A stretch of DNA of 64,000 nucleotides from Octopus sinensis (Eukaryota): positions 39,308,001 to 39,372,000 of the forward strand of contig NC_043002.1 of the NCBI RefSeq assembly GCF_006345805.1. The letters run 5' to 3'. The position numbers and the translations under genes were made by a program. The notes beneath the pieces are model-generated. The model saw only the letters and a program-made list of their open reading frames with translations. It was not told the origin of the DNA and did no database searches. Numbering within the stretch: position 1 is the first letter of the stretch; every line of letters starts with the position of its first letter. Below, one piece after another: positions 49,601 through 59,414 of this stretch.

Positions 49601-52600
49601 TATGATAAATAGGAGGGGACTGAGGACTGAACCTGGTGGACCCCAACCTCTACCCGGAATTCTTCACATACACACACACACATATATACATATATATATA
49701 TTAAATGACAGCTGCATAAAGAAGTGCTAAACTCTAATTGTGGACTGAAGCTGTGGAAGGAGTAGATCCAGGAAGATGTGGGACAGAGTGGCAAGAAGAG
49801 ATCTTCAGATGCTGGGTTTCACTGAGGAAATGACAGAGGACCAGGAGATGTGGCAATTTGCTGCACTTGAAAAGACACATCAAGCTAAGTAAAACCACTG
49901 TCATCCAAACATTACAGGCTTCTCCTTTACAGGTGCCGATGCCACATAAAATGCACTCATGCCAGTGCTGTGTGAGAGCAGCCAAGCTAATGGCACATAA
50001 GAAACACCCAGCACACTCTGAGAAGTGGTTTGTATTAGGAAGGGCATCCAGCCATAGAAATTAAATAACTGGAGTCTGGACAGCTCCTGTCAAACCGTCC
50101 AACCTATACTAGCATGGAAAACGGATGTTAAACGATAATGATGATGATGGTGGTGGTGGTGTGGTGTGTGTGTTTGGCCCCCAATTGATAGCTAGCGTTG
50201 GTTTGTTTGCTTAGTGATTTGGTGAAAGAGACCCATAGAATAAGTGCCAGATTTTAAAGATAAGCACTGGAAGCCAATTTGTTTGACTAAACCCTCCAAG
50301 GAGGGTGTGCCAGCTTGGCCGCACTTCAATGACTGCAACAAATAGAAGATAAAAGAAGAAAGAACCGATAAATTCTGGTTACCAAACTTACCACATCAAT
50401 CATCTCAGTCAGATCGTCACTTTCATTCTCAGGAAATATTTCATGGCGAGGACTCAGCACCTACAATGAAAAGTGGTCAATTCATATCAAACAAGCAGAA
50501 AAATGAAACTGAATCTAGAAGCAAATTTAAAGCTACAAACAAAAGCATATAATGGGTTGAAAACCCCTTTTGAATAGAAAATAAGTCAAAGGCTGCTGTA
50601 GCCATGCGCTTCACATAAATACATATATATAATGTATAAATTCTGAGTTTAATAATGTGCAAAACAGATAAGAATAAATAAAAATGAAGGAAGAGCTCAA
50701 CCCATGTCAAACTCTTAAAAAAAAAGTGGCATGGCTGTGTGATAAGAAGCTTGCTTCACAACCACATGGTTCAGGGTTCAGTCTCACTGCAAGTGTTTTC
50801 AACTATGCAAGTGTTTTCAACTATAGCCTTGGATCAACTTGCGAGTGGATTTAGTAGAAAGAAACTAAAACCCATCATATAAGTGTGTGTGTGTACATGA
50901 ATGGATATGTGCATGTGTATGAGTTCTCCACCACTGCCACCACACCCCTTGACAACTGTAACTCAGCAGTTCAACAAAACGAACCAACAGAATAAGTACC
51001 AGGCTTTGATAAATTAAGTAATAGGGTTTGAAACACTCAAAAAATTTTCTTCAAGGCACAGGCGTGGCTGTGTGGTAAGAAGCTTGCTTCCCAACCACAT
51101 GCTTCCAGGTTCAGTCCCATTGCATAGCACTTTGGGCAAGTGTCTTCTACTATAGCTTCAGGCCAACCAAAGCCTTGTAAGTGGATTTGGTAGACGGAAA
51201 CTGAAAGAAGCCTGTTGTGTGTGTGTATATATATATATACGTTTGCGTGTCTGTGTTTGTCCCCCAACCATCGGTTCACATCAGAGTTGGTATATTTACA
51301 TCCCCTAACTTAGCCGTTAGGCAAAAGAGACCGATAGAATAAGTCCTGGAGTCAATTTGTTTGACTAAAGGCAGTGCTCCAACATGGCTACAGTCAAATG
51401 ACAAAGAATAAAAGAATAAAGGTGATGCCCCAGCATAGCCACAGCCTAATGACTGAAACAAATAAAAAAAAATGGACACAAATTGAAACTTTTTCCTAAG
51501 TGACTAGACTAGAAATTAAATACTTCTTACTTACATCAAAATTAACCATTTTTGTTATGGTAAGTTCCAAGATTTTGTACCGATGATCAGGCATGAACAT
51601 TGAAATCTGTAGTAAATTTCGAGTATAGCATTCTACTGTGAAAACATTGCCTTTGAAATAAGGAAATTCTTTCTGAAGAAGACTCATTAAGACATTCGGC
51701 ATCCTGTAAAGGAGAAAAGGAAAAGCTAGAAAAGCCAAGCTTACAGTTTCCAGGTGTTATCAAGACAGAGGCAGACAGGTGAAAGAAGGAAATTATACAA
51801 GAGAAAAAGTAAACAAAATGGGATAACTTACATAGGCATATTGTCATAGATAGATTTCAGAGCAAGCTGAATGTGACCACATAATATCCAATGTTCTTTT
51901 TGTTGAATATCCACAGGAAGAGAAGAATTTAACGCTAAAAAAAAAATACAATAAAAGTTATGCAAACCAGGCCTGCAGATTTATTCTGCAATATTTACAA
52001 AAGAATAACTTAACAATTAAAAGAAAAGTTTGAAATTCTAATGAGCATTTTTCAACTCTAAAAGATAGATAGCATGATTTAGTGTTTAGGGTGATCGGCT
52101 CACAACCGTAAGATCAGGAGTTCAATTCCAGGCAGCATGTGTCCTTGAGCAAGTCAATTTCTTTTACGTTGCTCCAGTCCACTCAACAGACAAAAATGAA
52201 TTATACATGTAATTCAAAAGGCTGACTTTGTCACATTCTGTGTCATGCTGAATCTCTCTGAGAATTGCATTATGGGTACATGTGTCTGTGGAATGCTCAC
52301 CAACTTGCACATTAATTTCCCAAACAGGCTGTTCCATTGATCAGATCAACTGGAACCCTTGTCATAATCAACATTTTTCATGCTGGCAAGGGTTGGATGG
52401 TTTGACTGGAGTTTGTGAGGCAAGGAGTCACACCAAGTCCCATGCTCTGTTCAATGGCTGGAGGCACTTCCTAATGTCAAGTTCTCCACTGAGTATACAA
52501 GGTGCTTTTTATGTGACACCAGCACTGGCATCAATTCAGCTGTGTCAGACAGGTCTTCTTGAGTACAGCAAGGCATTAGATATCTCGATCCTTAGTCATC

Positions 52601-54192
52601 TCCTTTGTAAGGTTCAATGTCTTGAGATTGGCCTTCAATACTTGGTCCCATGTCTTCCCGGGTCTCCCTCTTCCACAAGTTCCAACCACTTTAAGTGATC
52701 AGCACTTTTATATGCAACTGTCAACATCCATATGCATCATATGACCAAACCAGTACAAACTTCTCTCTTGCACACTGCATCTAATTCCTCTTATGTCCAA
52801 CTTTTCCCTCAATACACTAATGATCTGCCACAAATGTACAGACATTGTTAATATACATGTATCATACAATCTTCCTTTCATTCGGAGAGAGAGAGACCTT
52901 TGGTTGCCAACAGAGATTGGCTTCCGTGCCGGTGGCACATAAAATACACCAATCCGACCGTGGCCGTTGCCAGCCTCGCCTGGCACCTGTGCAGGTGGCA
53001 CGTAAAAAGCACCCACTACACTCACGGAGTGGTTGGCGTTAGGAAGGGCATCCAGCTGTAGAAACATTGCCAGATAAGACTGGAGCCTGGTGCAGCCTTC
53101 TGGCTTCCCAGATCCCCGGTCGAACCGTCCAACCCATGCAAGCATGGAGAACGGACGTTAAACGATGATGATGATGATGATGATGATGATATTGTCCCAG
53201 CATGTCCACAAACTAGTTACTATTAACTATTTAAAAAATTAAAAGGTTGCCACAACTCCATTGAGTTTATCAAATACAACACCCATAGTAAACCATGCTG
53301 CTCTACTGATTTTATGGTTCTAAGTTCAATCTCATAACTGCAATTTTTTTTTTTTTTGTTTTGTTTTTGCTTTGATAGTGTTAATGAGGACACACAGAAT
53401 CAACATTCACACATAAGCAGGTTTCTGTCAGTTTCTGTCTAGCAGATCCATTTATAAAGCATTGGTCACCCCAAGGTGACCAGTGCTTTATAAATAGCAG
53501 AAGTATAGTAGAAGAAACTTGCACAAAGTGCCATGCATTGAATATGAAATCACATGATTGCAAAACTAACTTTCTAATCATACATCTATGCCTGCACCTC
53601 TAGGTACGTTTGTGCCTATTACATGTCATCAAAATCACAAGGTGAAATGACAGACAAAAATAAACACATACTTAGGCACAGGCATGGCTGAGTGGTTAAG
53701 AAGTGTAACCCATGCAATTTCAGGTTTAGTCCCATTGCACAGCACCTTGATCAAGTATTTTCTACTATATCTCTAAGTCAACCAATGCTTTATGAATGAA
53801 TACAGTAGATGGAAACTGTGGAAGCCATTCATATGTATGTGTGTGCTTCTGTGCATATATGTATATACATACATATAAACAAAAATAAGAACTCCATCCA
53901 TTATGATGACAAGGGTTCCTGTTCAACAGAAAAGCTTGCTTGTGAAATTAACATGCAAGTAGCTGAGCACTCCACAAACACATGTACCCTTTACGTAGTT
54001 CTCAGGGAGATTCAGCATGACACAGAATGTGCCAAGGCTGGTCCTTTGAAAAGTAGGTACTACACATTTTTGCCAGCTGAGTGGACTGGAGCAACGTGAA
54101 ATGAAGAGACTTGCTCAAGGACACAATGCGTCCCCAGGAATTGAACTCTTACGATCATGAGCCGAATACCCTAACCCACATGCCTATATACA

Positions 54193-54272
<80 letters not shown>

Positions 54273-57200
54273 CAGACGACGAAAGGCGGCGAGCTGGCAG
54301 AAACGTTAGCGCGCCGGGCGAAATGCTTATCGGTATTTCGTCTGTCGTTACGTTCTGAGTTCAAATTCCGCCGAGGTCGACTTTGCCTTTCATACTTTCG
54401 GGGTCAATAAATAAAGTACCAGTTTCGCACTGGGGTCGATGTAATCGACAATCCCTTTGTCTGTCCTTGTTTGTTCCCTCTATGTTTAGCCCCTTGTGGG
54501 TAGTAAAGAAATATATATACAGACATACATATACATACATTTTGTAGCCCTCCACTGCTTGATAACTAGTGTTAGTTTATGTCCTTGTAACATAGCAGTG
54601 AGGGAAAAAAGACCAACAGAATAAGTATCAGACTTAAAAGTAACAACTGGGGTCAATTTATTTGACTATATCGTTCAAGACGGTGCCCCACCATGGCTGC
54701 AATCCAATGAGTGAAACAAGCAAAAGATAAATCTATAAATTTAAAAATCATCATTACTTACCAGGTTTAAAATGTTGCAACAACTTCTGAAGAATGAATT
54801 TTAAGTGAACAGGTTGGGCCACGACCAATCTTTTAAGAAATGATAGATAGTGTTTGCTCAGAGCTTCATTTACAAACCAATTTACAACCTGAAAAAAATG
54901 CAGAAGAAAGTGTTATGACGTGGGTATACAAGTTTGGTGTAAAATGGTATTACACAAATAAATAGTCAGTTGTGGTTATCTAAAAATAACCTGTCGCAGA
55001 AATATTAACACAGAACGCACTCTGTACTACTTGAACAATACTCGATATTCACTGTTCAACTACTGACTGTTAAACCAACACACGACGAACTAGCACAGTC
55101 AAACTAACACCATCAACTATCCTCCCTAACAGTTCAATCAGTTCTTATTTATTGCAATCGGTTACTCCACCTTCGGTCATGTGGGGGTTTAGAGTTCTCC
55201 CATAACTGAGAAAAAAGAACATTATTATTTTGGCTGAATAAAAGAAAAAACACCTCAGTTATGAAGAAAGGAAAAAGTTGGTTTGAGGAGGATCTGAACA
55301 TAGACACTGAACAGATGACAACAGAGTAATACAGGACTTTATAAGGCAAAATGCAGGAAATTTTAACAAACACATATGCAGTGAGCAAGAGGGCATACTG
55401 TGCCGGTATGGTCATATCATCATCATCACCATTTAATATCCACTTTCCATCCTGGCATGGGTTGGACGATTTGACTGAGGGCTGGCAAGCCAGAAGGCTG
55501 CACCAGGCTCCAATCTGAACTGGTAAAGTTTCTACAGCTGGATGCCATTCCTAACGTCAACCACTCTGAGAGTGTAGTGGGTGCTTTTTACGTGCTACCG
55601 GAACGAGGGCCAGTCAGGCAGTACTGGCATCAACCACGCTCAAATGGTGCTTTTTACGTGTCACCAGCACAGGAGCCAGTTAGGCGGCACTAGCAACAAT
55701 CACACTCAAATGGTGTTTTTTACATGCCACCAGCACCAGAGTCAATCAGGCGGCACTGGCAATGATCACGCTCAAATGGTGCTTTTAATGTGCCACAGGT
55801 ATGGGTACCAATCAGGCAGTACTGTCATCGGCCACGACAACGATTTCACCTACCTCAACAGGTCTTCGTAAGCACAGTTTATTGAACAATGATTGAAGGG
55901 TACTCTTAAATGGTCTGGTTATAGGCCACAGTTAGGGTCTCACTTAGTTTGCTGGGTCTTCTCAATCACAGCATATTTCCAAAGGTCTCAGTCAGTTGTC
56001 ATTGCCTCGGTGAGGCCCAATGTTCAAAGGCCGTGCTTCACCACCTCATCCCAGGCTTTCCTAGGTCTAACTCTTCCACAGGTTCCCTCTACTGCTAGGG
56101 TGTGACACTTTTACACAGAGCTGCCCTCATCTATTCGCAACACATGACCATACCAGTGCAGTTGTCTCTCTTGAACACCATATCTGATGCTTCTGAAGTC
56201 CAACTTTCCTCTCAGGGTGCTTACACTCTGTCGTGTATGCACACTGGCATTACACATCCAGCGGAGCATACTGACTTCATTCCCTGCAAGCTTACACATG
56301 TCCTCAGCAGTCACTGCCCATGTTTCACTGCCATGTAGCATGGCTGTTTACACACATGCGTCATACAGTCTACCTTTTACTCTAAGAGGCCCTTCCTCTC
56401 CGCAGAGGTAGGAGCTCTCTTAACTTTGCCCAGGCTATTCTTATTCTAGCAGCTACACTTTCAGAGCATCCACCCCAACTACTGACTTGGTCACCTAAGT
56501 AACAGAAGCTATCAACTACTTGTAGTTTTTCCCCATTCTCTGCACATTTTCAGTGTTTATTGCTCCTGAGCATTTGCCACACACAAAAACTATCTTCCCA
56601 GTTAGCCTTCTTTTGATATTGGAGTGCTTCTTATGTGTCCATAGCTTACACTGGGTCTTATAGAGTTTCTACCTACGCCTTTTCTACAGATCGAGTTTGT
56701 CTGCCTTCTTACTTATTAAGACTTTGGTTTTTGCTAGGTTGACTCTAAGTCCCTTCAATTCTAAACCTTGCTTCCACACCTGAAACTTCTCTAGTTCTGT
56801 GGTTACAAAAAGTTTTACAAAGTTAGAACCTAAAAGTAAGGCAACACATCCCATGCTGTCACCATATCACAGAGAAACACATCCCATAACTAATTTTTTA
56901 GAGATGTCAAGCAACTAATCAAACAGAAAAAAAAAACAGCATTACTCACAGATACATCTCGCACAAAATCATAGTAACGTCCATCAAGGAGACTAACACA
57001 ATCCTGGAAGTCAGTCAGGTAGGCTTTTAATAACTTCACCTGAGAAAAAGAAATGTAACAATACATTCATTTTGATAGAATTTCTATTTACAAGGAAGCT
57101 TATTAATCCTTTTAATACCAACCCACTCAGAACCACCCCTGGTTCTGTGATATGAAATTCTTGTTTTAAAATGATAAAACATTCCATCAAACTATCATGT

Positions 57201-59316
57201 TATGTTCTGAACACCAGCTTAATAACGATAAATTTATTTTAATATATTCTTCATTATATTTTTTAATTAACTGAAATAAAGGCAGTGTTATTCAAAAGAA
57301 TTATGGTAATTAAAGGGTTAATGAACAGCTCAAAAAAGGCATGCTGATAATAATAAGAAATGTAACTTCACAAAACAATATATAGATGCACTTCTTCTGG
57401 TCAAATATTGTATTATTTAGTTTTAGTTAATTTTTTTGCTCAAAAAGCAAAAAGCAAGGCCATGTAGGGGGACATGGAGTTATGTACAGGGTGAAGTTCA
57501 TGTAAAGAGTTCAGGCCAGTTGAGGTCAAGGGAGACTTTGAACCAAGTGGTCGTCAGCATCTTCACCATCTCGTCTGGCAGTTTATTCCACGGATCTGCA
57601 ACCTGGACGGAGAAAGCCCCTCTCCTTCGATTGAGATGAAATCGTCGCAGATAGAGCTTTTTGGAATGACCCCGCAGCCGACGCTCTGGAGCAGGAGTGA
57701 AGAACAGCTCTTTCGAGAGGTTACACTTTCCGCATATGATGTTGTGAGCAAAAATGAGATCTCCACGGTGTTGTCGTTTTTCTAGAGAATAAAGGTCAAG
57801 CGTCTTCAGCCTTTCTTCATAAGACAAATTCTTGAGACCAAGAACCATGAGGGTAGCCAGCTTCTGGACTCTTTCGAGATGCTGTATGTCTTTGAGGAGA
57901 TAAGGAGAAGAGGCTTGAATCCTGTACTCCAATATGGGTCTCACCAGTGTGACATAGAGCGGTAAGAATATGGCTGCTGTGAGCATTCCGAATGACCGTC
58001 GAATCAAGTACAGAATTCCGCATGCTTTGTTGGCAGCATGGATGCACTGGGCCGAAGGCGAAAAGGAGGAATCCACCAAGATACCCAGGTCCTTTACCTG
58101 ATCGGTCCTCTCCAGCAGCAGACGACCCGGCTCGAAATCAAGTTGATTTGCAGGAGGAGAGCCAACACGCAGATGACAGCACTTTGACACATTCAGACAC
58201 AGGTCCCATTCGTTAGACCATCTCCAAATTTGGTGGAGGCATCGACGAAGATCCTCTATATCACCGCGAGGAGCGACCAGTTTGACATCGTCGGCAATTG
58301 TCGATCAATATAGCATAATATTCATGAATATGAGAAGCTACTACTTACCTGATTAAGGGGTGGGGTGGGGGGTTGATTGATGAAATCTAAAAAGGTTTTA
58401 AACTACTAACATGATAAATAACATACTTTACAGGAAGCTATCCAAATTTTAACAAATTTCAAACTGTTTTTTCAACAACTTTGGCTCTTTAAACACAGAA
58501 ATCAACTTCCATAATTATATGATGAACCTAAATTCTAACTCAGTATCTCCCCAAAACAAACAGGATTTCATTGATAAAAAAATCAGGTATCTTAGTTTGG
58601 GTGGTCTTCTCTGGTTTATTGGTTAACTTTTTAGCATTTAAACTAACCACATCCAGTCTAAATATTCTACTTGATATATGCTCAAATTGGCTAGATCCAG
58701 CTTCTCACACCTACCCTACAATGTCATTCTAGAAATATACAATCACATCATTGAAATTTCTAAGCTATAAGATAATGCATGATTAATTCAAAACAATATG
58801 AATAAATATCACATTTAAAAAAAAGTAATCTGAATGCTAAAGGGTTAAACATAACACAAGAATTAAAAAATTTAAGAGAAAAACTGAAAATAATTTTAGC
58901 CATTCAAACAATCACATTTTACAATGATCTACAATTGTACAATCTCTTACTTACATCTTGATACTTTTTTAACTGGGTCATAAGATCCAGGTAGAGGTCA
59001 TTTTTCCCCTGAAATAAAAAATATAGAAAAACAACTGAATGACAATATTCATCACTATCAAACTATTATTTTCTTGAAAACTCTTTCACTGGATTGAACA
59101 GAAAATAGAAAATAATAAAAATGTGAGCAGAAGAAAATTCAAACGAGAAACATTCCAAGGTTTAAATTGTTATTATAGCTCCCAGTTATTCAAAGCAAAG
59201 GCCTTAATCAAAAAGTGAAATTTAAAAAGAAAAACCTTTTTGTGTTGTTCCAATGCCACAGTAACATCAAACTTTTTCTGAATATAGGGTTTCTTCTTAG
59301 CAGTTTTCTTACTCAT
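8750..59316 (-). CDS. RRN3: RNA polymerase I-specific transcription initiation factor RRN3/TIF-IA; spliced CDS of 15 coding exons, 612 aa
   Basis: Hand-spliced join (minus): 59236-59316, 58955-59008, 56950-57039, 54762-54888, 51832-51934, 51535-51703, 50392-50460, 46238-46355, 42649-42818, 39849-39979, 35175-35356, 32799-32907, 14805-14948, 13309-13384, 8750-8965. All introns GT-AG, phases match, no internal stop. Family motifs: FPYFK..ECYTRNLL, ILPTHKTCHVQFFMFY, YLGSFLARSKY, HEPFYYLCQAVFYVFVFR, LNPLKFC, FFPFDPYLL. Confidence 0.97.
9240..10110 (-). mobile_element. RTE 3' fragments (two tails, old)
   Basis: (cat)n-ttaacgtccattttccatgctggcatgggttgg... tail, and a second tail from about 9675. 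Confidence 0.7.
10138..10465 (+). mobile_element. tRNA-derived SINE family C; other copies 12790-13105 (-), 52075-52365 (+), 53895-54180 (-)
   Basis: ggcacgtggctaagtggttag A box, gagttcaattcc B box, tgtgtccttgagcaagatacac core. Confidence 0.83.
10468..10513. repeat. (TA)n microsatellite; similar tracts near 28156-28218, 46611-46658, 54188-54268 and 63390-63450
   Basis: Read directly from the sequence. Confidence 0.95.
10514..10843. mobile_element. Palindromic Penelope-type element with two inverted hammerhead-like motifs
   Basis: About 140-bp inverted arms (10556-10844) plus a 42-bp single-copy extension, embedded in (TA)n; each arm has CTGAAGA-A-GGAATATTAT(T/C)C(C/T)-GAAAT-ATC-ATAT. Confidence 0.75.
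13309..13384 (-). CDS. RRN3: RRN3 exon 15 (SSLFIQPIYREYDTTVPNNQTTYLK)
   Basis: atatag acceptor, gtttgt donor, phase 2/0; FI.PIY motif. Confidence 0.93.
14095..14612 (-). mobile_element. SINE family A copy
   Basis: Head and tail match the 18.2-kb copy; long mixed CA/TA microsatellite core. Confidence 0.85.
14805..14948 (-). CDS. RRN3: RRN3 exon 14 (LYQLAMCDTIIEKN...FFPFDPYLLS)
   Basis: tttcag acceptor, gtaagc donor, phase 2/2; FFPFDP signature; follows a 17.85-kb intron. Confidence 0.97.
18173..18582 (+). mobile_element. tRNA-derived SINE family A, complete copy with central (TA)n(TG)n microsatellite
   Basis: A/B-box-like head ggcacaggagtggctgtgtggtaag...gggtttagtccc; tail ...gactgaaaagagtaaaagag. 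Confidence 0.88.
19064..19359 (+). mobile_element. Non-autonomous Helitron
   Basis: A|TCTTTATATATAAAA start, CTAG|T end, inserted between A and T; subterminal hairpin partly deleted. Confidence 0.8.
20033..20247. mobile_element. TTAA-flanked MITE (piggyBac-like), family 1; related copy 57107-57317
   Basis: TTAA|cccttccgttac ... gtaacgaaggg|TTAA. Confidence 0.75.
21165..21562 (+). mobile_element. RTE 3' UTR copy
   Basis: Near-consensus tail ending catggaaagcggacgttaaacgatgacg. Confidence 0.85.
23115..23345 (-). mobile_element. SINE family B copy
   Basis: Reverse complement of the 54.3-kb copy. Confidence 0.85.
23610..24300 (+). mobile_element. Ancient LINE AP-endonuclease relic
   Basis: Fragmentary LNIR..DDLLDTL and VALQEIKK motifs spread across frames. 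Confidence 0.4.
24335..24785 (-). mobile_element. SINE family A copy
   Basis: Sequence match to the family. Confidence 0.82.
24990..25350 (+). mobile_element. Old RTE-type ORF C-terminal relic
   Basis: LRIERSQ...IRM..ER..KQIL...EGRPRTGWLD. Confidence 0.6.
25899..26313 (-). mobile_element. SINE family A copy (young)
   Basis: Sequence match to the family. Confidence 0.87.
26458..26556 (+). mobile_element. Collapsed copy of the 43.6-kb palindromic element
   Basis: Same outer arms (acattatttacatt / aatgtaaataatg) and same 33-bp extension; 14-bp TSD tatcagggaacatt at 26444-26457 and 26557-26570. Confidence 0.85.
26580..26962 (+). mobile_element. Non-autonomous Helitron
   Basis: A|TCTCTCTATATATAAA start; hairpin cccgagcaacgccggg followed by CTAG|T. 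Confidence 0.85.
27100..27831 (-). mobile_element. CR1-type LINE, 5'-truncated (ORF2 C-terminus 27183-27831)
   Basis: DQVKDLGILVD, RPILEYG, LERVQKLATRM, SYEERL, RRRRGDLI, WNKLP; (TAAC)n tail. Confidence 0.92.
27948..28380 (-). mobile_element. SINE family A copy (young)
   Basis: Sequence match to the family. Confidence 0.87.
28800..30398 (+). mobile_element. RTE LINE, internally deleted (AP endonuclease fragment joined to RT C-terminus and 3' UTR)
   Basis: DRVLKLRLVL, IISAYTPQ, EDFNGHV, RNEEG; then MTAEDMHRLQRNEASM; (GAT)n tail. Confidence 0.88.
30990..31700 (-). mobile_element. Old RTE-like 3' UTR copy
   Basis: (cat)n tail, ccttcctaacaccaaccac motif, GA-rich region. Confidence 0.65.
32799..32907 (-). 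CDS. RRN3: RRN3 exon 13 (IRRALSWNFQRIITCYLNPLKFCMPQLVNKFASIT)
   Basis: tttcag acceptor, gtatgt donor, phase 1/2; LNPLK.C signature. Confidence 0.96.
33840..33980 (-). mobile_element. RTE-type 5' UTR relic
   Basis: Resembles recalled RTE 5' ends (cttgt..tggtgg...gagctatg..g.ag...ctcctgg.aggg); not verified. Confidence 0.4.
34925..34998 (+). pseudogene. tRNA-like relic (tRNA pseudogene or orphan SINE head; AGC at the anticodon position)
   Basis: tttaatggtagagta D-arm/A-box and ggctcaagtccc T-arm; acceptor stem poorly paired. Confidence 0.35.
35175..35356 (-). CDS. RRN3: RRN3 exon 12 (SLLVCLEVFCQWIHDY...CQAVFYVFVFRVRDILDSEK)
   Basis: tttcag acceptor, gtaaga donor, phase 2/1; CQAVFY.F.FR signature. 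Confidence 0.96.
35720..36060 (-). mobile_element. Possible Penelope-like reverse transcriptase relic
   Basis: YLDDC followed, after a frameshift, by LHN-LHPS, like the PLE YxDD...LNSLHPS region. Confidence 0.4.
37105..37490 (-). mobile_element. SINE family A copy (a partial + copy lies at about 36900-37050)
   Basis: Sequence match to the family. Confidence 0.82.
39849..39979 (-). CDS. RRN3: RRN3 exon 11 (LLCDGFLDYLWKKFSNPN...YLGSFLARSKYLPV)
   Basis: tttcag acceptor, gtttgt donor, phase 0/2; SFLAR signature. Confidence 0.96.
42649..42818 (-). CDS. RRN3: RRN3 exon 10 (FEKTSLPDG...LPTHKTCHVQFFMFYVCKYHI)
   Basis: attag acceptor, gtaagt donor, phase 1/0; LPTH...HVQF signature. Confidence 0.96.
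43654..44150. mobile_element. Head-to-head palindromic tRNA-SINE with hammerhead tail and 13-bp TSD
   Basis: TSD aacacaaaaatat at 43641-43653 and 44151-44163; arms 43654-43879 and 43880-44117 fused at ccatgg; A box TGGCATAGTGG and B box GTTCGATTC; 33-bp terminal extension. Confidence 0.88.
43701..43743 (-). ncRNA. Minimal type I hammerhead ribozyme motif, left arm (degenerate; right-arm partner 44025-44070 on +)
   Basis: GACAC-CTGATGA-A-GGCTGG-loop-TCAGCT-GAAAC-GTGTT; two-arm consensus GACAC CUGAUGA A GGCUG..CAGCC GAAAC GUU GUGUU. Confidence 0.65.
44715..45602. mobile_element. Second mariner-derived fold-back element (different family)
   Basis: Ends ggtctgatcaataattatccagactg / cagtccggatacttactgatcagacc; about 220-bp inverted arms; internal transposase HTH relic (ICELSEDVQINYSSFQSIITKDLGMR). 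Confidence 0.8.
46238..46355 (-). CDS. RRN3: RRN3 exon 9 (VAKTEFNLNTGQLMKHPQAEMLDVLMHILLSHIQNVAYN)
   Basis: tttgtag acceptor, gtaagt donor, phase 0/1; HP.AE.LD.LM motif. Confidence 0.94.
46659..49668 (-). mobile_element. RTE-clade LINE, 5'-truncated (RT and C-terminus 48593-49668) with multiplied 3' UTR and (ATG)n tail
   Basis: VGVHQ-SVLSPLLF, LLYADDLALIA, SFRYLG, AMLHGSETW, RGRPRKTW; a few frameshifts and stops; inserted in a TA microsatellite. Confidence 0.95.
46878..48610 (-). repeat. Five-copy higher-order tandem repeat (about 335-370 bp) of the RTE ORF end plus 3' UTR
   Basis: Marker gccgggtctt at about 47203, 47554, 47896, 48267 and 48601. Confidence 0.9.
49700..50150 (+). mobile_element. 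RTE 3' fragment
   Basis: gacagctgcataaagaagtgc RT C-terminal relic followed by tail and (GAT)n. Confidence 0.75.
50392..50460 (-). CDS. RRN3: RRN3 exon 8 (VLSPRHEIFPENESDDLTEMIDV)
   Basis: ttgtag acceptor, gtaagt donor, phase 0/0. Confidence 0.9.
50725..51470 (+). mobile_element. Two tandem SINE family A copies (50725-51030 and 51053-51470)
   Basis: Two heads ggcatggctgtgtg / ggcgtggctgtgtggtaagaagc. Confidence 0.8.
51535..51703 (-). CDS. RRN3: RRN3 exon 7 (MPNVLMSLLQKEFPYFKG...ELTITKMVNFD)
   Basis: ttacag acceptor, gtaagt donor, phase 2/0; FPY and ECY..NLL motifs. Confidence 0.96.
51832..51934 (-). CDS. RRN3: RRN3 exon 6 (LNSSLPVDIQQKEHWILCGHIQLALKSIYDNMP)
   Basis: tttttag acceptor, gtaagt donor, phase 1/2. 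Confidence 0.92.
52920..53190 (+). mobile_element. Young RTE 3' UTR copy
   Basis: Nearly identical to the inverted copy at 61662-61880; (GAT)n tail; abuts an older minus RTE fragment at about 52370-52820. Confidence 0.85.
54285..54512 (+). mobile_element. tRNA-derived SINE family B (core recalls the Meta domain; not verified); inverted copy at 23115-23345
   Basis: ggcggcgagctggcagaaacg...gagttcaaattcc B box; gcctttcat.ctttcggggtc.ataaa core. Confidence 0.85.
54762..54888 (-). CDS. RRN3: RRN3 exon 5 (VVNWFVNEALSKHYLSFLKRLVVAQPVHLKFILQKLLQHFKP)
   Basis: tttcag acceptor, gtaagt donor, phase 0/1. Confidence 0.92.
55415..56790 (-). mobile_element. RTE LINE 3' fragment
   Basis: MLHGSETWAVTAEDM, LHWYGHVLRI; 3' UTR minisatellite; (ATG)n tail. 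Confidence 0.88.
56950..57039 (-). CDS. RRN3: RRN3 exon 4 (VKLLKAYLTDFQDCVSLLDGRYYDFVRDVS)
   Basis: tctcag acceptor, gtgagt donor, phase 0/0. Confidence 0.9.
57415..58298 (-). mobile_element. CR1-type LINE, 5'-truncated, same family as the 27.1-kb copy
   Basis: ORF 57498-58190 plus the upstream ADDVKL catalytic motif near 58280-58297. Confidence 0.92.
58627..58844. mobile_element. TTAA-flanked MITE (piggyBac-like), family 2; related copies 30659-30797, 13506-13721 and about 22860-23010
   Basis: TTAA|c(c/t)tttagcatt ... aatgctaaaggg|TTAA. Confidence 0.72.
58955..59008 (-). CDS. RRN3: RRN3 exon 3 (GKNDLYLDLMTQLKKYQD)
   Basis: tttcag acceptor, gtaagt donor, phase 0/0. Confidence 0.9.
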
Positions 59317-59339
59317 CGTTGAAGTTTATCAAGAAAAAC
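59236..59339 (-). CDS. RRN3: RRN3 exon 2 (ATG at 59316; MSKKTAKKKPYIQKKFDVTVALEQHKK)
   Basis: Acceptor ttgcag; in-frame TGA TAA upstream of the ATG; donor aag|gttttt; ends KK like the mammalian ...LLKYKK exon. Confidence 0.85.
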
Positions 59340-59414
59340 CTGCAATTTGAAATAAAAACTAGTTTATTATTACTGAATCTCACAAATATTTTTTTGTTAT
59401 TATAATGCATAAGG

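Noticed and set aside
55149-55415. 88-aa minus ORF near exon 5
   Set aside because: Does not fit the RRN3 frame or homology; no convincing splice sites.
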